Positions 40,897 to 50,650 of a stretch of DNA of 64,000 bases are shown in pieces. Position 1 is the stretch's first letter; each line of letters starts with the position of its first letter. The notes beneath the pieces are model-generated. The model did no database searches and was not told where the DNA came from. It worked only from the letters and a program-made list of their open reading frames with translations. Source of the DNA: a virus (Duplodnaviria; Heunggongvirae; Uroviricota; Caudoviricetes); IMG/VR virus record IMGVR_UViG_3300020156_000001, positions 416,348-480,347 of that record; one strand, written 5' to 3'. Both the position numbers and the translations under genes were made by a program.

Positions 40897-41457
40897 ATGC
40901 CTGTTGAGCACGAATACAAGTACATCCTTGACTCCGATAATGCCGAGCTTATTGAGAAGTTGGAAGCAAAGTATCCAAAGCAGCATATTCACCAGGTTTA
41001 TTGCACAAAGAACAATCGCTTTCGTGCCATTGTAAAGCAGGGCAAGAAGAAGACCACCGTTAAGTGGTACCACACGTTTAAGAAGAAGATCAACGGAGAA
41101 GTGTTGGAAATCGAGACGGAAATTCCTTCCGAAGATTTCGACATGATCAGCCGAGGCGAGAATCTCGGGGAACTACATAAGATCCGGTTTACTATTCCAC
41201 AGGAATATGGGCAGTGGGACATTGATTTCCTATTGACTGCGCCATTGGCCAAGGGTGGAACGGTGTACTTCTCGTGCTGCGAATGTGAGCAGCCCAAGGA
41301 GTTGGACGTATTTGTTCCTGAGATTCTCGCCAAATATATTCGCTTCGAAGTTCCGCATGAGAACTCCACGTTGTTCAGCAACTTTAAGCTGGCCAATCAG
41401 GAATACGCTGCTACCGCAATTGAGCAGCACAAGGAAGTTCTGAAGAAGTGGCCATAA
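40897..41457 (+). CDS. CYTH-domain (triphosphate tunnel) protein
   Basis: EHEYKY, EIETEI, KIRF, WDID, ECE and SN motifs. Confidence 0.8.
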   Translation: MPVEHEYKYILDSDNAELIEKLEAKYPKQHIHQVYCTKNNRFRAIVKQGKKKTTVKWYHTFKKKINGEVLEIETEIPSEDFDMISRGENLGELHKIRFTIPQEYGQWDIDFLLTAPLAKGGTVYFSCCECEQPKELDVFVPEILAKYIRFEVPHENSTLFSNFKLANQEYAATAIEQHKEVLKKWP

Positions 41458-41466
41458 CAGTCGCCG

Positions 41467-41508
41467 GCTCCCGATCAGATTCAAATAAATATTGAAGAGA
41501 TCGGGAGC
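41467..41508 (+). promoter_or_regulatory. Late promoter in the loop of an SD-sequestering hairpin
   Basis: GCTCCCGATC..TTCAA-ATAAATA-TTGAA..GATCGGGAGC. Confidence 0.75.
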
Positions 41509-41513
41509 AAAGC

Positions 41514-42185
41514 ATGGGCGACAAAGTTAAGAAAATCATCATTGCCACCACCAGTATCAACCTCTATGATATTGTGGCGTTTGTTGTCCGAAATAAGACT
41601 CTCGTCGTTTACACGGTAAGTGAAACCCTTTACTTCAACGAACCCCTCGATCTTGAAAGCGTTGAAGATGCCTTTGCCGAACTTACTGAAAAGTTTGATG
41701 CTTTAGAGGGTGAAGATGACGTACCGACCGACCCTACAGACCCTGAGGATCCACCAGTTGACCCGGAAGATCCTGAAGAGCCCACCGACCCCGAAGATCC
41801 AGTTGACCCCACAGATCCTGTGGAGCCTGAGGAACCCGAAGATCCACCAGTCGATCCAACGGATCCTGGAGACGATGAAACGCCGGTAGACCCAGGCGAG
41901 GATGAAACACCCGATCCAGGTAGCGATGATATGAATCCCAACTTTGATCCGGTTGGGAAGAACTTTAACGCTGAGGGTGAGTTCTATTACGATCCGGCAA
42001 CCAAGACCTATTACGACGACACTGGATATGAAATTGATGATGGTTCCGGTGGAGTAACCAAGCCCGGCTTTACTGGCGCGGGCATGATCTTTGATGCTAC
42101 CTATGGCATGTATTTGGATATGGCGAACGGTAAAGCCTACAACATTCGTGGCTACGAAATGGTTGCAGCAAACGATCCAACCTAA
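41514..42185 (+). CDS. Late protein with Pro/Asp/Glu-rich linker
   Basis: DPTDPEDPPV repeats. Confidence 0.7.
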   Translation: MGDKVKKIIIATTSINLYDIVAFVVRNKTLVVYTVSETLYFNEPLDLESVEDAFAELTEKFDALEGEDDVPTDPTDPEDPPVDPEDPEEPTDPEDPVDPTDPVEPEEPEDPPVDPTDPGDDETPVDPGEDETPDPGSDDMNPNFDPVGKNFNAEGEFYYDPATKTYYDDTGYEIDDGSGGVTKPGFTGAGMIFDATYGMYLDMANGKAYNIRGYEMVAANDPT

Positions 42186-42790
42186 GCTAGTGTTGAACCA
42201 TCGATGCTATTGGTAGGCCAACCCACCGTAAAATTGTAGTTGATATAATCGAGTTGGTTTGTTGAACCCAAGTTAGTAAGTGTGTCTTTGTGATACCAGC
42301 TTACGCCATAGTTCTTACTCACAAACATCATCATGCGAATACCAAAGTCGATAAGTTCGGGCGCGGTCATTGGAACGTCTTCGTTGTTATGGGAACGCCA
42401 TGTAAAGTCCGCAGGCAGTTGAACACCCACAGTGATCGCATTACTCATACCCATAATGTTTTCGCGAGCGCGTGCGTCGGAATCAAACAGATGGCCCTTG
42501 TATACGACTCCCGCGTTGATATAAGAATCGCGGAACATGTTGATTTGCTGGTGTAGGGCTTCAATGGTTTGCGGAATGGTCATTCCCATATATGGCGCGG
42601 ACTTATCAATAACAGCGCGTTCAGCAGTTGTTGCCAAACGTAACGTGGTGCCTTCGATAATCCAATACTTTTCAGGATGGCCGCTAACCACACTCATATT
42701 TGGGTTAATCAGCCAGTTACCATCCATATAATCGGGTGTGTTTACGCTGGGAATGTATTGCTTTGTTGTCTTGTTTAGAACTGACGCCAT
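42182..42790 (-). CDS. DUF4376-like tail fibre accessory protein
   Basis: GHLFDSD..ARENI...WRSHNN..VPMT. Confidence 0.65.
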   Translation of the reverse strand: MASVLNKTTKQYIPSVNTPDYMDGNWLINPNMSVVSGHPEKYWIIEGTTLRLATTAERAVIDKSAPYMGMTIPQTIEALHQQINMFRDSYINAGVVYKGHLFDSDARARENIMGMSNAITVGVQLPADFTWRSHNNEDVPMTAPELIDFGIRMMMFVSKNYGVSWYHKDTLTNLGSTNQLDYINYNFTVGWPTNSIDGSTLA

Positions 42791-42793
42791 TGT

Positions 42794-43441
42794 TTACCCA
42801 TAGGTGATATTGGTTGAAGGACTATTGTTGAGAAGAGAATCGGTAACCGATTCTAGAAGTGGAACGGTAGCACCGATTGGTCCGATTAGCTTCCAGCGTC
42901 CATAAATGTCGTGGTAGATTTCATCCACACCGTTATGGGTAGAAATCGTCTCAATGTATTCGGGTGCTAACACGGCAGAGTAGATGCGATAGTCTTCGAT
43001 CTCGCCACGAAAGTAATTTGTATACGAGCTGTTACCCGTGCGTTGCGCACCCAAAGTATTTGATGAGGGTGTTAGAATAGTTTGGTCATGATTTCCTGTA
43101 GCTACCGGCATACCATCAACATAAAGTGTGAGAACTTTGTTCTGATAAGTTGCGGCAATATGATGCCATTCATCGGTTGTACTCGTAGAAGGAGCATTTA
43201 TCGTTGTTGTGTTATAGATGGGAAAGAAAATGAAAATAGTAGAATGGGTAACACTTGCATAAAAGCGACCATTTTGCCAATACAAACGAAATGTATTTCT
43301 AGATCCATACTCCGTGATAATATCCAATGTATTAGATGAATTAGCCGTAGGTATGAGAACACGACACATAACGGTGAAATTATCACCGCCTGTATTTTGT
43401 GTGATTGTGTTCTGTTGTGATCCGGAAAATACAATACTCAT
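42794..43441 (-). CDS. LamG/concanavalin-like domain protein
   Basis: WHHIAATY..LYVDG..FRGEIEDYRIY. Confidence 0.8.
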   Translation of the reverse strand: MSIVFSGSQQNTITQNTGGDNFTVMCRVLIPTANSSNTLDIITEYGSRNTFRLYWQNGRFYASVTHSTIFIFFPIYNTTTINAPSTSTTDEWHHIAATYQNKVLTLYVDGMPVATGNHDQTILTPSSNTLGAQRTGNSSYTNYFRGEIEDYRIYSAVLAPEYIETISTHNGVDEIYHDIYGRWKLIGPIGATVPLLESVTDSLLNNSPSTNITYG

Positions 43442-46400
43442 GTCCAGTCAATCCTAACAGTTAGCACCATAAAGTCACCGCTAAGCGTATCACTTCCATT
43501 AGCGCCCACACGCACAATTTCTAGCTGACAAGCATCTCCTGCAACCAAGCCAATATTATCCAAATCAAAGGTTGTGGAAGTTGACGTAAACGTAATGTTG
43601 TTTGCCAGGGTTGTTATCGTTGTCATTGCATTAGCGGCACTCCAAGCCGGTGGAGTTGCACCAATAGGAAAACGACGCGCATATAGGGCCCAAACTGAAG
43701 TGCGGTTTGCAGTCTGAGAAGTCCTCGGACGTCCCATAATTGTAATCTTCAATGTTGATGCGCCTGTTGGTGCCGCTGTTGTAATACCAATACCTTCTGA
43801 ACGGCTATCGTCAAAGCTGCGAACAGTTATCGTTGTATAAGTTGGATCCAACGCTGCGGTTGCTGTAGTAGTCACAGGCCATCCGTTACCAGATGGTGAA
43901 TCCATCATAATACTTGTAAACGTGTCGGTGTCTAAAAGACCTCCAGTTGCTCGTCCGTAAGCATCAACAGTGATACGGTCATACTGCGCTGCGACTACAC
44001 CAGTCGTAGCCAAACCTAAGGTGGGGTTACCAGCGATAGCATCGGCATTAGTTACCACGAGTTGTCCCGCAGTTGCACCAATGCTACGAGTTGCCATCGT
44101 GCCTGTGCCTGTGCGAGCAATAATACCATTTGTTGTAAGCGCGGCAATCGCAGTCAAGTCGGAGTCAAGTGGTTGAACTCCAGTGATTTGGTGAGTGTGA
44201 TCGCTTCGTGCAAAACTGTTGGCTGTACCCGTTGTATTTGTTGTTACCAGTGATAGTCCAATGGCCGATGCAGAAGCAATAGGATCAACACCGTTGGGTA
44301 AATGGCGACTTGCGTGGGCGCGCATATCCAAGCCATTGATCGATGGAACATTGATAATGGTATGTCCATCCATATCCAATGTTCCACCCATTTTACGGGT
44401 ACCATTGGAGAGCAAATACTGAGGATGATCATCCTCAAATAGACCAAGAAGGTTACCATGGCTTGATGCCGCACTTAGCGTTGGCGCGGCAGCGCCAATT
44501 GTAGGACGATTATCGAAAATCTCAATAATATTAGGCGCGCCTTGCTGAACCACGATACTCGCAATAAGTGTGGTTACACCTTCCATAAACGAGCCCGGAG
44601 GCAATGGGAGAGGTGCACCTTCAGCTTCAACTAGCGTCGCGTATTGGGCTTGTGCATAGATAAGCATGTAAAGCTCATTGGGCCCATCACCGGCGACATA
44701 TAGTGAATGCTTTGCATAGTAACCAGGCGATAGATTTGTTAGGCTTGTGCCGCTATCATATTGAGTATGTGGAACAACATTACCGCCATAAATGTAATTC
44801 CAGTCATTTCCAGGTTTTCTATGAACAATAAGAAGTTGCGCACTTGTGCCACCTGTAGGAGAGAACTTTAGACTACCATGATAATAAACGCCGTCAACGA
44901 TATTCAAAGTAAATGGTGTGGTTGGATTCTCACTTACAGTACAACCTTCTGCAAATACTGAACCAAATGCGTTACGAAGCATAGACTCGATTTGGTTGCT
45001 GGCGTGAAATGCACTTGAAGGAGTTTCATCAATCCACACGACTTGGTTACCATCGGTTACCACACGACCTAAGAGAATATTTTCGATTAGGTTTGGCATC
45101 GACGGATTATGAACAACGATGCCCGTGTTTGTCACATAAACGTATTCGGCGGCTTCGGCCTCCATAGTAAGAACAGTATTGGGCCAAGAAAGGCGAGTAG
45201 TGCGGGGAATTGGGTCGCTGATAGATGCGTAACCCATACCCGCAGAAATATTAATCGTACCGGGAGTTGTTCCATATGTGAGTTCACCACCGGAGAGCAA
45301 CCCCATCGTTGTGGCTTGACCAAACAAGCCAGACATTTCAGTTGTCTTTGCGTGAGTTGGTCCCAAGTAAAGAGGGCCAACGCTTGTAATGCCAGTGGTT
45401 ACTGGATCCGAATAGAAGATTGAGATATTTGCGTTTCCATCGACACTTACCTTGCTACGAGTTGCGCAACCCAGAAAGTGACCGGAAGCTTGTGGATGAT
45501 CCACCACAATATCCATTGTATTGTTTTGAAGATTGATACCATCGCCGTTGAAGATTGGACCAGCACCATCGTTTTCAAGCCAAATAGCTTTTGCAAAACC
45601 TAGTATCGAGGTTCCAACAAAACGACCAGTTGCACCATTCTTCAAATGGATACCAGTACCCGTAACTTGTGCGTTTCTCAGCAAACAACCCGCGACAATA
45701 ATCGTGCTTTGCGTACCCTCGGCCTTAAACATAAATGTTGGGCCAGGCGCTGTGGTGCCGTTAGTTGCCAACGATCGGATATTAATCCGGGCCGCGCCCG
45801 GACCCTTAGCGTAGAAGCCTTGATCGAATGTGCCATGGGCACCAATCATACCACCTTCAGTATAGATTGTGGCGTAAGTGCCAGCGGCTTGCTCAACCAT
45901 TACCTGTGTGCTGTTGTTGCCGTATTTGATGTTTCTCAAATATGCACCCGAAGTAATCGTGGTATTACTGCTATTGCAGTAGAAAGCCGCATAATCCGTG
46001 CCGGAAACTCCATGCACAATTATTTCACTAATGTTCACATTTACGTCAATGTGGAACAAATGTTGATTGGGAGCGGAAGCTCTAACTGCGGTAACACCAG
46101 GTGCGCCTCGAACAGCAACATAGCGAGGAACAACAAGTGTAGGTTCATAAAACTGACCCGGACCAACATCTATCAAATATGGCTTAGCTTGTGAAGCATC
46201 AGTGATACTTGCAAGTGCATCAGCAATGGTAGAGAATTGACGCTTACCTGGTTCTTTACGAACCTCTACCACTGTGGGCTCATTAAAGCGTAAATCATTA
46301 TCCAAAAGGAAGTCAACCCATTCACCGTTGATGTAAGTCTCATGTGAGTCGGTGTCTAAGTTGTAACGGAGCAAACCATCTAGTGGTGCATCAGGACGAT

Positions 46401-46677
46401 CATCTGTGGTACCCGCTTGAACCGCAAGACCAGTTGTGCCGGTCATTTCAACCGTGCCATCATCCTTCAGGTATACGAACGCACTAGCGCCAGCTGAGAT
46501 TGCAATTTCACCGGGGTTAGCCAAAAACAAACCCGTGCCCGGATCACTTGAAAAGCTTATGGAAGGTTGGGATTCTGTACCATCGCCAACAAAGATCCGA
46601 CCATCAGCGAGTTGAATGTCGCCACCGTCAAAAATCAAATCTTTGCTAAGATCGAGCTGCTTTGGAGTTAATTTCAT
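43438..46677 (-). CDS. Tail fibre/spike with probable beta-helix
   Basis: FSTIADALASI..IDVGPG.FYE beta-helix entry; DDHPQY and QPLDSDLTAIAAL fibre motifs. Confidence 0.75.
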   Translation of the reverse strand: MKLTPKQLDLSKDLIFDGGDIQLADGRIFVGDGTESQPSISFSSDPGTGLFLANPGEIAISAGASAFVYLKDDGTVEMTGTTGLAVQAGTTDDRPDAPLDGLLRYNLDTDSHETYINGEWVDFLLDNDLRFNEPTVVEVRKEPGKRQFSTIADALASITDASQAKPYLIDVGPGQFYEPTLVVPRYVAVRGAPGVTAVRASAPNQHLFHIDVNVNISEIIVHGVSGTDYAAFYCNSSNTTITSGAYLRNIKYGNNSTQVMVEQAAGTYATIYTEGGMIGAHGTFDQGFYAKGPGAARINIRSLATNGTTAPGPTFMFKAEGTQSTIIVAGCLLRNAQVTGTGIHLKNGATGRFVGTSILGFAKAIWLENDGAGPIFNGDGINLQNNTMDIVVDHPQASGHFLGCATRSKVSVDGNANISIFYSDPVTTGITSVGPLYLGPTHAKTTEMSGLFGQATTMGLLSGGELTYGTTPGTINISAGMGYASISDPIPRTTRLSWPNTVLTMEAEAAEYVYVTNTGIVVHNPSMPNLIENILLGRVVTDGNQVVWIDETPSSAFHASNQIESMLRNAFGSVFAEGCTVSENPTTPFTLNIVDGVYYHGSLKFSPTGGTSAQLLIVHRKPGNDWNYIYGGNVVPHTQYDSGTSLTNLSPGYYAKHSLYVAGDGPNELYMLIYAQAQYATLVEAEGAPLPLPPGSFMEGVTTLIASIVVQQGAPNIIEIFDNRPTIGAAAPTLSAASSHGNLLGLFEDDHPQYLLSNGTRKMGGTLDMDGHTIINVPSINGLDMRAHASRHLPNGVDPIASASAIGLSLVTTNTTGTANSFARSDHTHQITGVQPLDSDLTAIAALTTNGIIARTGTGTMATRSIGATAGQLVVTNADAIAGNPTLGLATTGVVAAQYDRITVDAYGRATGGLLDTDTFTSIMMDSPSGNGWPVTTTATAALDPTYTTITVRSFDDSRSEGIGITTAAPTGASTLKITIMGRPRTSQTANRTSVWALYARRFPIGATPPAWSAANAMTTITTLANNITFTSTSTTFDLDNIGLVAGDACQLEIVRVGANGSDTLSGDFMVLTVRIDWT

Positions 46678-46713
46678 TCGATCGTCCTGTAAAAAGAATT
46701 AGCTTAAAGTAAT

Positions 46714-47451
46714 TTAGCTTTTGATTAATAGGACATTCGTATCAAATACACTGGATACCAACATGTGCGATCCAACTTGATGCACTTGCCAGCCTTCACC
46801 TAACAGCTTTTCCCAGTAACGGCACGAACGGTTTGCTTCTTCCGTGAGGCTAACAGCCTCATCTAGAATCGCCTCATTGACGTGCTCAGCCGGACCAAAG
46901 GAAACGATTTCACCACATACACCAAGTGACCCACGAGTAAGGCTGAGTGAACCTTCGGTAAGTTGGACATCATCCAATACCGATGGCTTGAAGAACTCTA
47001 GGAGATCATCTTCAAACGCCTTTTGCTTTAGATCTTCAATCGACTCTGTACGGATGAGTACTCGAACTTTCTCATCTGTGACCTCAAAAATGCCTTCGTG
47101 GCGATAAGCAGTAAAACGCCAATCGTCCACTTCAATACCAACTAGATTTGAGATCTCGCCTAGGATTGTGAGCAGTTTAGAGCTAAACGAAGCTTCTCTA
47201 GTGAGTTCAACAAACACTAGAAAATAACCATCTTCGTTTGGTGCAGGACTTACATCAGTGTCCAACAGGACCACTGGTGATTTTTGGATAAAACGGTTTA
47301 GATCGTTTGCCGGCTCAAGATCCTTTACAAAGAATCCAACCACGATCGCATCATCATCGACTTTACTTTCAAATTCATCAATACTGATCAGAGGAATAAC
47401 AAGTTCCTCTAGATCACCTTCACGAAGACCCTCACGCAAATACTGGCGCAT
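46714..47451 (-). CDS. Jumbo-phage hypothetical protein
   Basis: Long ORF coupled to the upstream gene. Confidence 0.7.
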   Translation of the reverse strand: MRQYLREGLREGDLEELVIPLISIDEFESKVDDDAIVVGFFVKDLEPANDLNRFIQKSPVVLLDTDVSPAPNEDGYFLVFVELTREASFSSKLLTILGEISNLVGIEVDDWRFTAYRHEGIFEVTDEKVRVLIRTESIEDLKQKAFEDDLLEFFKPSVLDDVQLTEGSLSLTRGSLGVCGEIVSFGPAEHVNEAILDEAVSLTEEANRSCRYWEKLLGEGWQVHQVGSHMLVSSVFDTNVLLIKS

Positions 47452-48005
47452 TATACTTCCTCCTCTTCGGAGTCAGCATCGCCATCAGCGGCTAGATCTT
47501 CACCCTCTTCATCATCTTGGTACGCATCTTCTTGATCGATGTTTTCATCGCGTGCGTCGGAAACGTTGTCGGTATCCACTTCGCTATCATCGTCATATAG
47601 CTCAAGATCATCGTCATCGAGTTCTTCAATAAACTTTCGTGGAATACTAACGTGAACAAGCCAAACTGGCTCTTCATCGATATTAGGCTTACCTTTTTCG
47701 TCTTTGCGGTAATCTTCTTGAGTTTCAATTTCGAGAGCTTTTTCCTTAAGCTCCTTTGTGAAATGAACCTTAGCGCCGTGTTTGTTCAAGCGCACACCAC
47801 CTTGGGGATCAGGCATGTCCTCGTACTTGTAGAGGAGAGTGATATCAACCCAGTAGCGACGGATTTCAGGACCCTTATGGATCTCACCTTTGAACCAATT
47901 CTTGAACACGTAGAGATCCAAACCATCGAAGAAGTCTTCGATTTGAATCAGAATGTCTGTTAGGTTCGCATGTTTGTGAAGACGCTTGGCGTGTCTTGGA
48001 TCCAT
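47451..48005 (-). CDS. Jumbo-phage hypothetical protein with acidic tail
   Basis: AAGGAG SD; TATAAATA upstream. Confidence 0.7.
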   Translation of the reverse strand: MDPRHAKRLHKHANLTDILIQIEDFFDGLDLYVFKNWFKGEIHKGPEIRRYWVDITLLYKYEDMPDPQGGVRLNKHGAKVHFTKELKEKALEIETQEDYRKDEKGKPNIDEEPVWLVHVSIPRKFIEELDDDDLELYDDDSEVDTDNVSDARDENIDQEDAYQDDEEGEDLAADGDADSEEEEV

Positions 48006-48026
48006 TTTGAAACTCCTTGCTACCCA

Positions 48027-48061
48027 TATTTATAATTCCTAACTTGCTCTTGGTATAAATA
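48027..48061. promoter_or_regulatory. Divergent pair of T4-type late promoters
   Basis: TATAAATA on the minus strand (48027-48034) and the plus strand (48054-48061). Confidence 0.75.
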
Positions 48062-48090
48062 TTCAATGCGAAAACTTAGGAGTTTCTCTT

Positions 48091-48579
48091 ATGAGATTGT
48101 TTGAAATCTTTGACGGGCCAGCAACCCCGGCTAATATTGATAAGCTCGAGAAAACTCTCGATAGGAATTTTTATCAGCCAGAGGACAAAGTCAAGGCTAA
48201 TCAACCCGTATTGGATGTTGATATTGATTCTAGCCCTAGAAACCATTTCATTCAACGTTATGGTGAACGCGCAAGAAAAGCCAATTTTGGTCTAGCTGAT
48301 ATTGCTGCGCTTCTTGCAAGTGCAAAGACTGGCAAGCTTCCTGGCTACAAAGATGAGCTAGATGATTTGAGCCGCGAAAACTATCCAATGGATAACGTTG
48401 TTATCCAGGGCAAGGGCGAAAACCCATTAACAATTCCAGTAATTGTTAAGCCAAATCCAGCCGCAGCTAAGATGCAAGATGGTAATCCGGTTGCTGCGGA
48501 TCGCCAGGGTAAGAAGGTTCCAAAGAACCGTATTATTCCAAAGACTGTTTATCGTCAGGGAATAATGGATCAGAACTAA
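48091..48579 (+). CDS. Hypothetical late protein
   Basis: AGGAG SD; MRLFEI start. Confidence 0.7.
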   Translation: MRLFEIFDGPATPANIDKLEKTLDRNFYQPEDKVKANQPVLDVDIDSSPRNHFIQRYGERARKANFGLADIAALLASAKTGKLPGYKDELDDLSRENYPMDNVVIQGKGENPLTIPVIVKPNPAAAKMQDGNPVAADRQGKKVPKNRIIPKTVYRQGIMDQN

Positions 48580-49285
48580 CTTTGTAAGTTGCTGTTAGTT
48601 CTAGCATGTCTTCCAAGGAAAGCGTCCAAAACTTCCCTTCATGCAAAGTGCAATGTGTTGCCGACTGAATCAGCAAGCCTGCTGATTTAAGCTTTTCAAA
48701 AACCATGCGATCATGTTCGCCCATCACATCGGGGTTTCCGCCGGAAACCATAATCAATCGCTTGATTTCCCTTACGAGAACCATTTTGCGATCGTGATGC
48801 TGTTGTGCAACTTTATATTGGTTCTCGTAAAGCTGGTCCAAACGCTTTCCATGTTCCTCATGCAACTTTCGTATATGAGGAGACAATTTATCCAAGCTTT
48901 TCTTGGTTTCAAGCTGTTCGCGCTCTGCAATTTCCTCTACAAGCTTTTCAATTTCATCCGCATACTTTAGCCGCGCATAAACAAGAATCTCTTTGAACTT
49001 GCTGTCCAAGTATTCGTCACCGCCGAGCGCAAGTTCAATAAGAACATGGCTAAAAAGATCATTTACGAGCCAGGGTTCCATACCAATGTGATCGCCATAA
49101 TCACGCATGGCGCCACCGGCGTAATCATTTGGCTTCCACCGGGCCGCTTCCTGAATATCTTCGATTTGCTTCGTATGTGTGGTATTTTCTTCAACAACCT
49201 TATTGTTACAGTGGATAACATCGCGGCATGACATGTACAGCATCTGCCGGCTGCTCTCTTTTATAAAGTTGCCCAAATTCGTCAT
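48533..49285 (-). CDS. Hypothetical helical protein
   Basis: ORF coupled to the upstream stop. Confidence 0.65.
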   Translation of the reverse strand: MTNLGNFIKESSRQMLYMSCRDVIHCNNKVVEENTTHTKQIEDIQEAARWKPNDYAGGAMRDYGDHIGMEPWLVNDLFSHVLIELALGGDEYLDSKFKEILVYARLKYADEIEKLVEEIAEREQLETKKSLDKLSPHIRKLHEEHGKRLDQLYENQYKVAQQHHDRKMVLVREIKRLIMVSGGNPDVMGEHDRMVFEKLKSAGLLIQSATHCTLHEGKFWTLSLEDMLELTATYKVSSDPLFPDDKQSLE

Positions 49286-49286
49286 C

Positions 49287-49856
49287 TCATTCCACCAAAA
49301 GGTAACCGTTACTTGTAGGTTGACGTCGAAGCTTTTCAACCATAGCAGCTTTCCGCGCCCATGCGTAGTCATCGGAGAACTTGGTAACTTCATCTATGAA
49401 GTCAAGGTCAATCAGTTCCTGCTTGAAGTACTCTTTAAGTTCACTTTGAGTGCGCTCGTGATCGAATTCAAACTTTTCCAAATCATAGTAGATGTGGAAC
49501 TTTAAAGCGTTCGCAACGGCTTCGTAAATGCGATGACCTTTTTCCGTCATGACCAAATTGATGTGGTAAATGTCCAGATATTTGTCGTCGTTGCGGTCAC
49601 GAAGTGAATTTTGTCCAATGGGCTTATGCAGGACTTCAGTTGTGGCAAGACCTTGTCGCACTACCATAATATCCTGAACAAAACTGAGAAAATCATCAAT
49701 TTCATCAAGTGCGGATTGGTTTGGTGCCACGCGAATATACCACGTTGAGACAATGTTCAACGGGTTATCCTTTGGATCTTTGATCAACGTTGCCAGGTAG
49801 CTTCGAAACTCCCCAACAGCTTGCATGTGTTGCATCACATTGGTCTTAAAGTTCAT
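49287..49856 (-). CDS. Hypothetical protein, paralog of 50651-51163
   Basis: INLVMTEKG...MVEKLRR. Confidence 0.65.
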   Translation of the reverse strand: MNFKTNVMQHMQAVGEFRSYLATLIKDPKDNPLNIVSTWYIRVAPNQSALDEIDDFLSFVQDIMVVRQGLATTEVLHKPIGQNSLRDRNDDKYLDIYHINLVMTEKGHRIYEAVANALKFHIYYDLEKFEFDHERTQSELKEYFKQELIDLDFIDEVTKFSDDYAWARKAAMVEKLRRQPTSNGYLLVE

Positions 49857-50601
49857 CCGGCACAAAACCTTCTTCAGCAAGCAAGTGGAGGAAAACCGAC
49901 TCGACGTCAGCTTCGAGCTTGTAGACGAGAAACTCGTCTAGCTGGTCCTGCATGTCACCCCATGCTTTTAAAATATCCGCAATGTGCTGGGGATTAAGCT
50001 TGCTCTCGAGTTGCGACCAATTAAAGTCCAGCTTACCATCCTTAATCTTTGCATGTTTTGATTTCTTAGTTAGAAGCCAAGCAAATCGGCGTGCTTCAGT
50101 TGGTAGTGCTGATGGCACGTAGTTGTGAGCACTGGCCGTCTTTTGGAGACTGTCGATAACTTTTGCCCATCCATACGATTGCTGGGTAAAGTCATTGTCC
50201 TTTAGTAGTTCATCAATTTCGGCTTGGGCGTCATCAATTTGCGCTTGTGCTGCTTGTTTATTTTTGAGTCTATTCTCATAGAATTCTTTGGCTTGATCAT
50301 ACTGGGCACGATACTTGAGTACCGGTTCAGGCCGACGGAGCTTTGCCAGAAATACAACTCGCTTGAGTGCTTCAATCTCGTCTTCATCTGGATTGGCGAA
50401 AATAGCATCAAACAGGATTTCGAGCTCTCTGCTTGGCATACCAAGTGCGTTGGCCAATCCATCATGGTTGGGACTTGTGGGTGGCTCAAAAACCACCTTG
50501 ACACTAGCCGCATATTGATTGGAACTGATCTTTTGTTTCAGCTTTTGCAAGCGAAACATTTGTTGAATTGCAACCGCAGCGACTTGAATATCAATGTTCA
50601 T
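49846..50601 (-). CDS. Hypothetical helical protein
   Basis: GAGG SD; promoter TTGACA-N16-TAGAAC at 50620-50647. Confidence 0.7.
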   Translation of the reverse strand: MNIDIQVAAVAIQQMFRLQKLKQKISSNQYAASVKVVFEPPTSPNHDGLANALGMPSRELEILFDAIFANPDEDEIEALKRVVFLAKLRRPEPVLKYRAQYDQAKEFYENRLKNKQAAQAQIDDAQAEIDELLKDNDFTQQSYGWAKVIDSLQKTASAHNYVPSALPTEARRFAWLLTKKSKHAKIKDGKLDFNWSQLESKLNPQHIADILKAWGDMQDQLDEFLVYKLEADVESVFLHLLAEEGFVPDEL

Positions 50602-50650
50602 CGTACCTCACTTTATTCTGTTCTAGCACGAATTGGAATGGTGTCAATGC

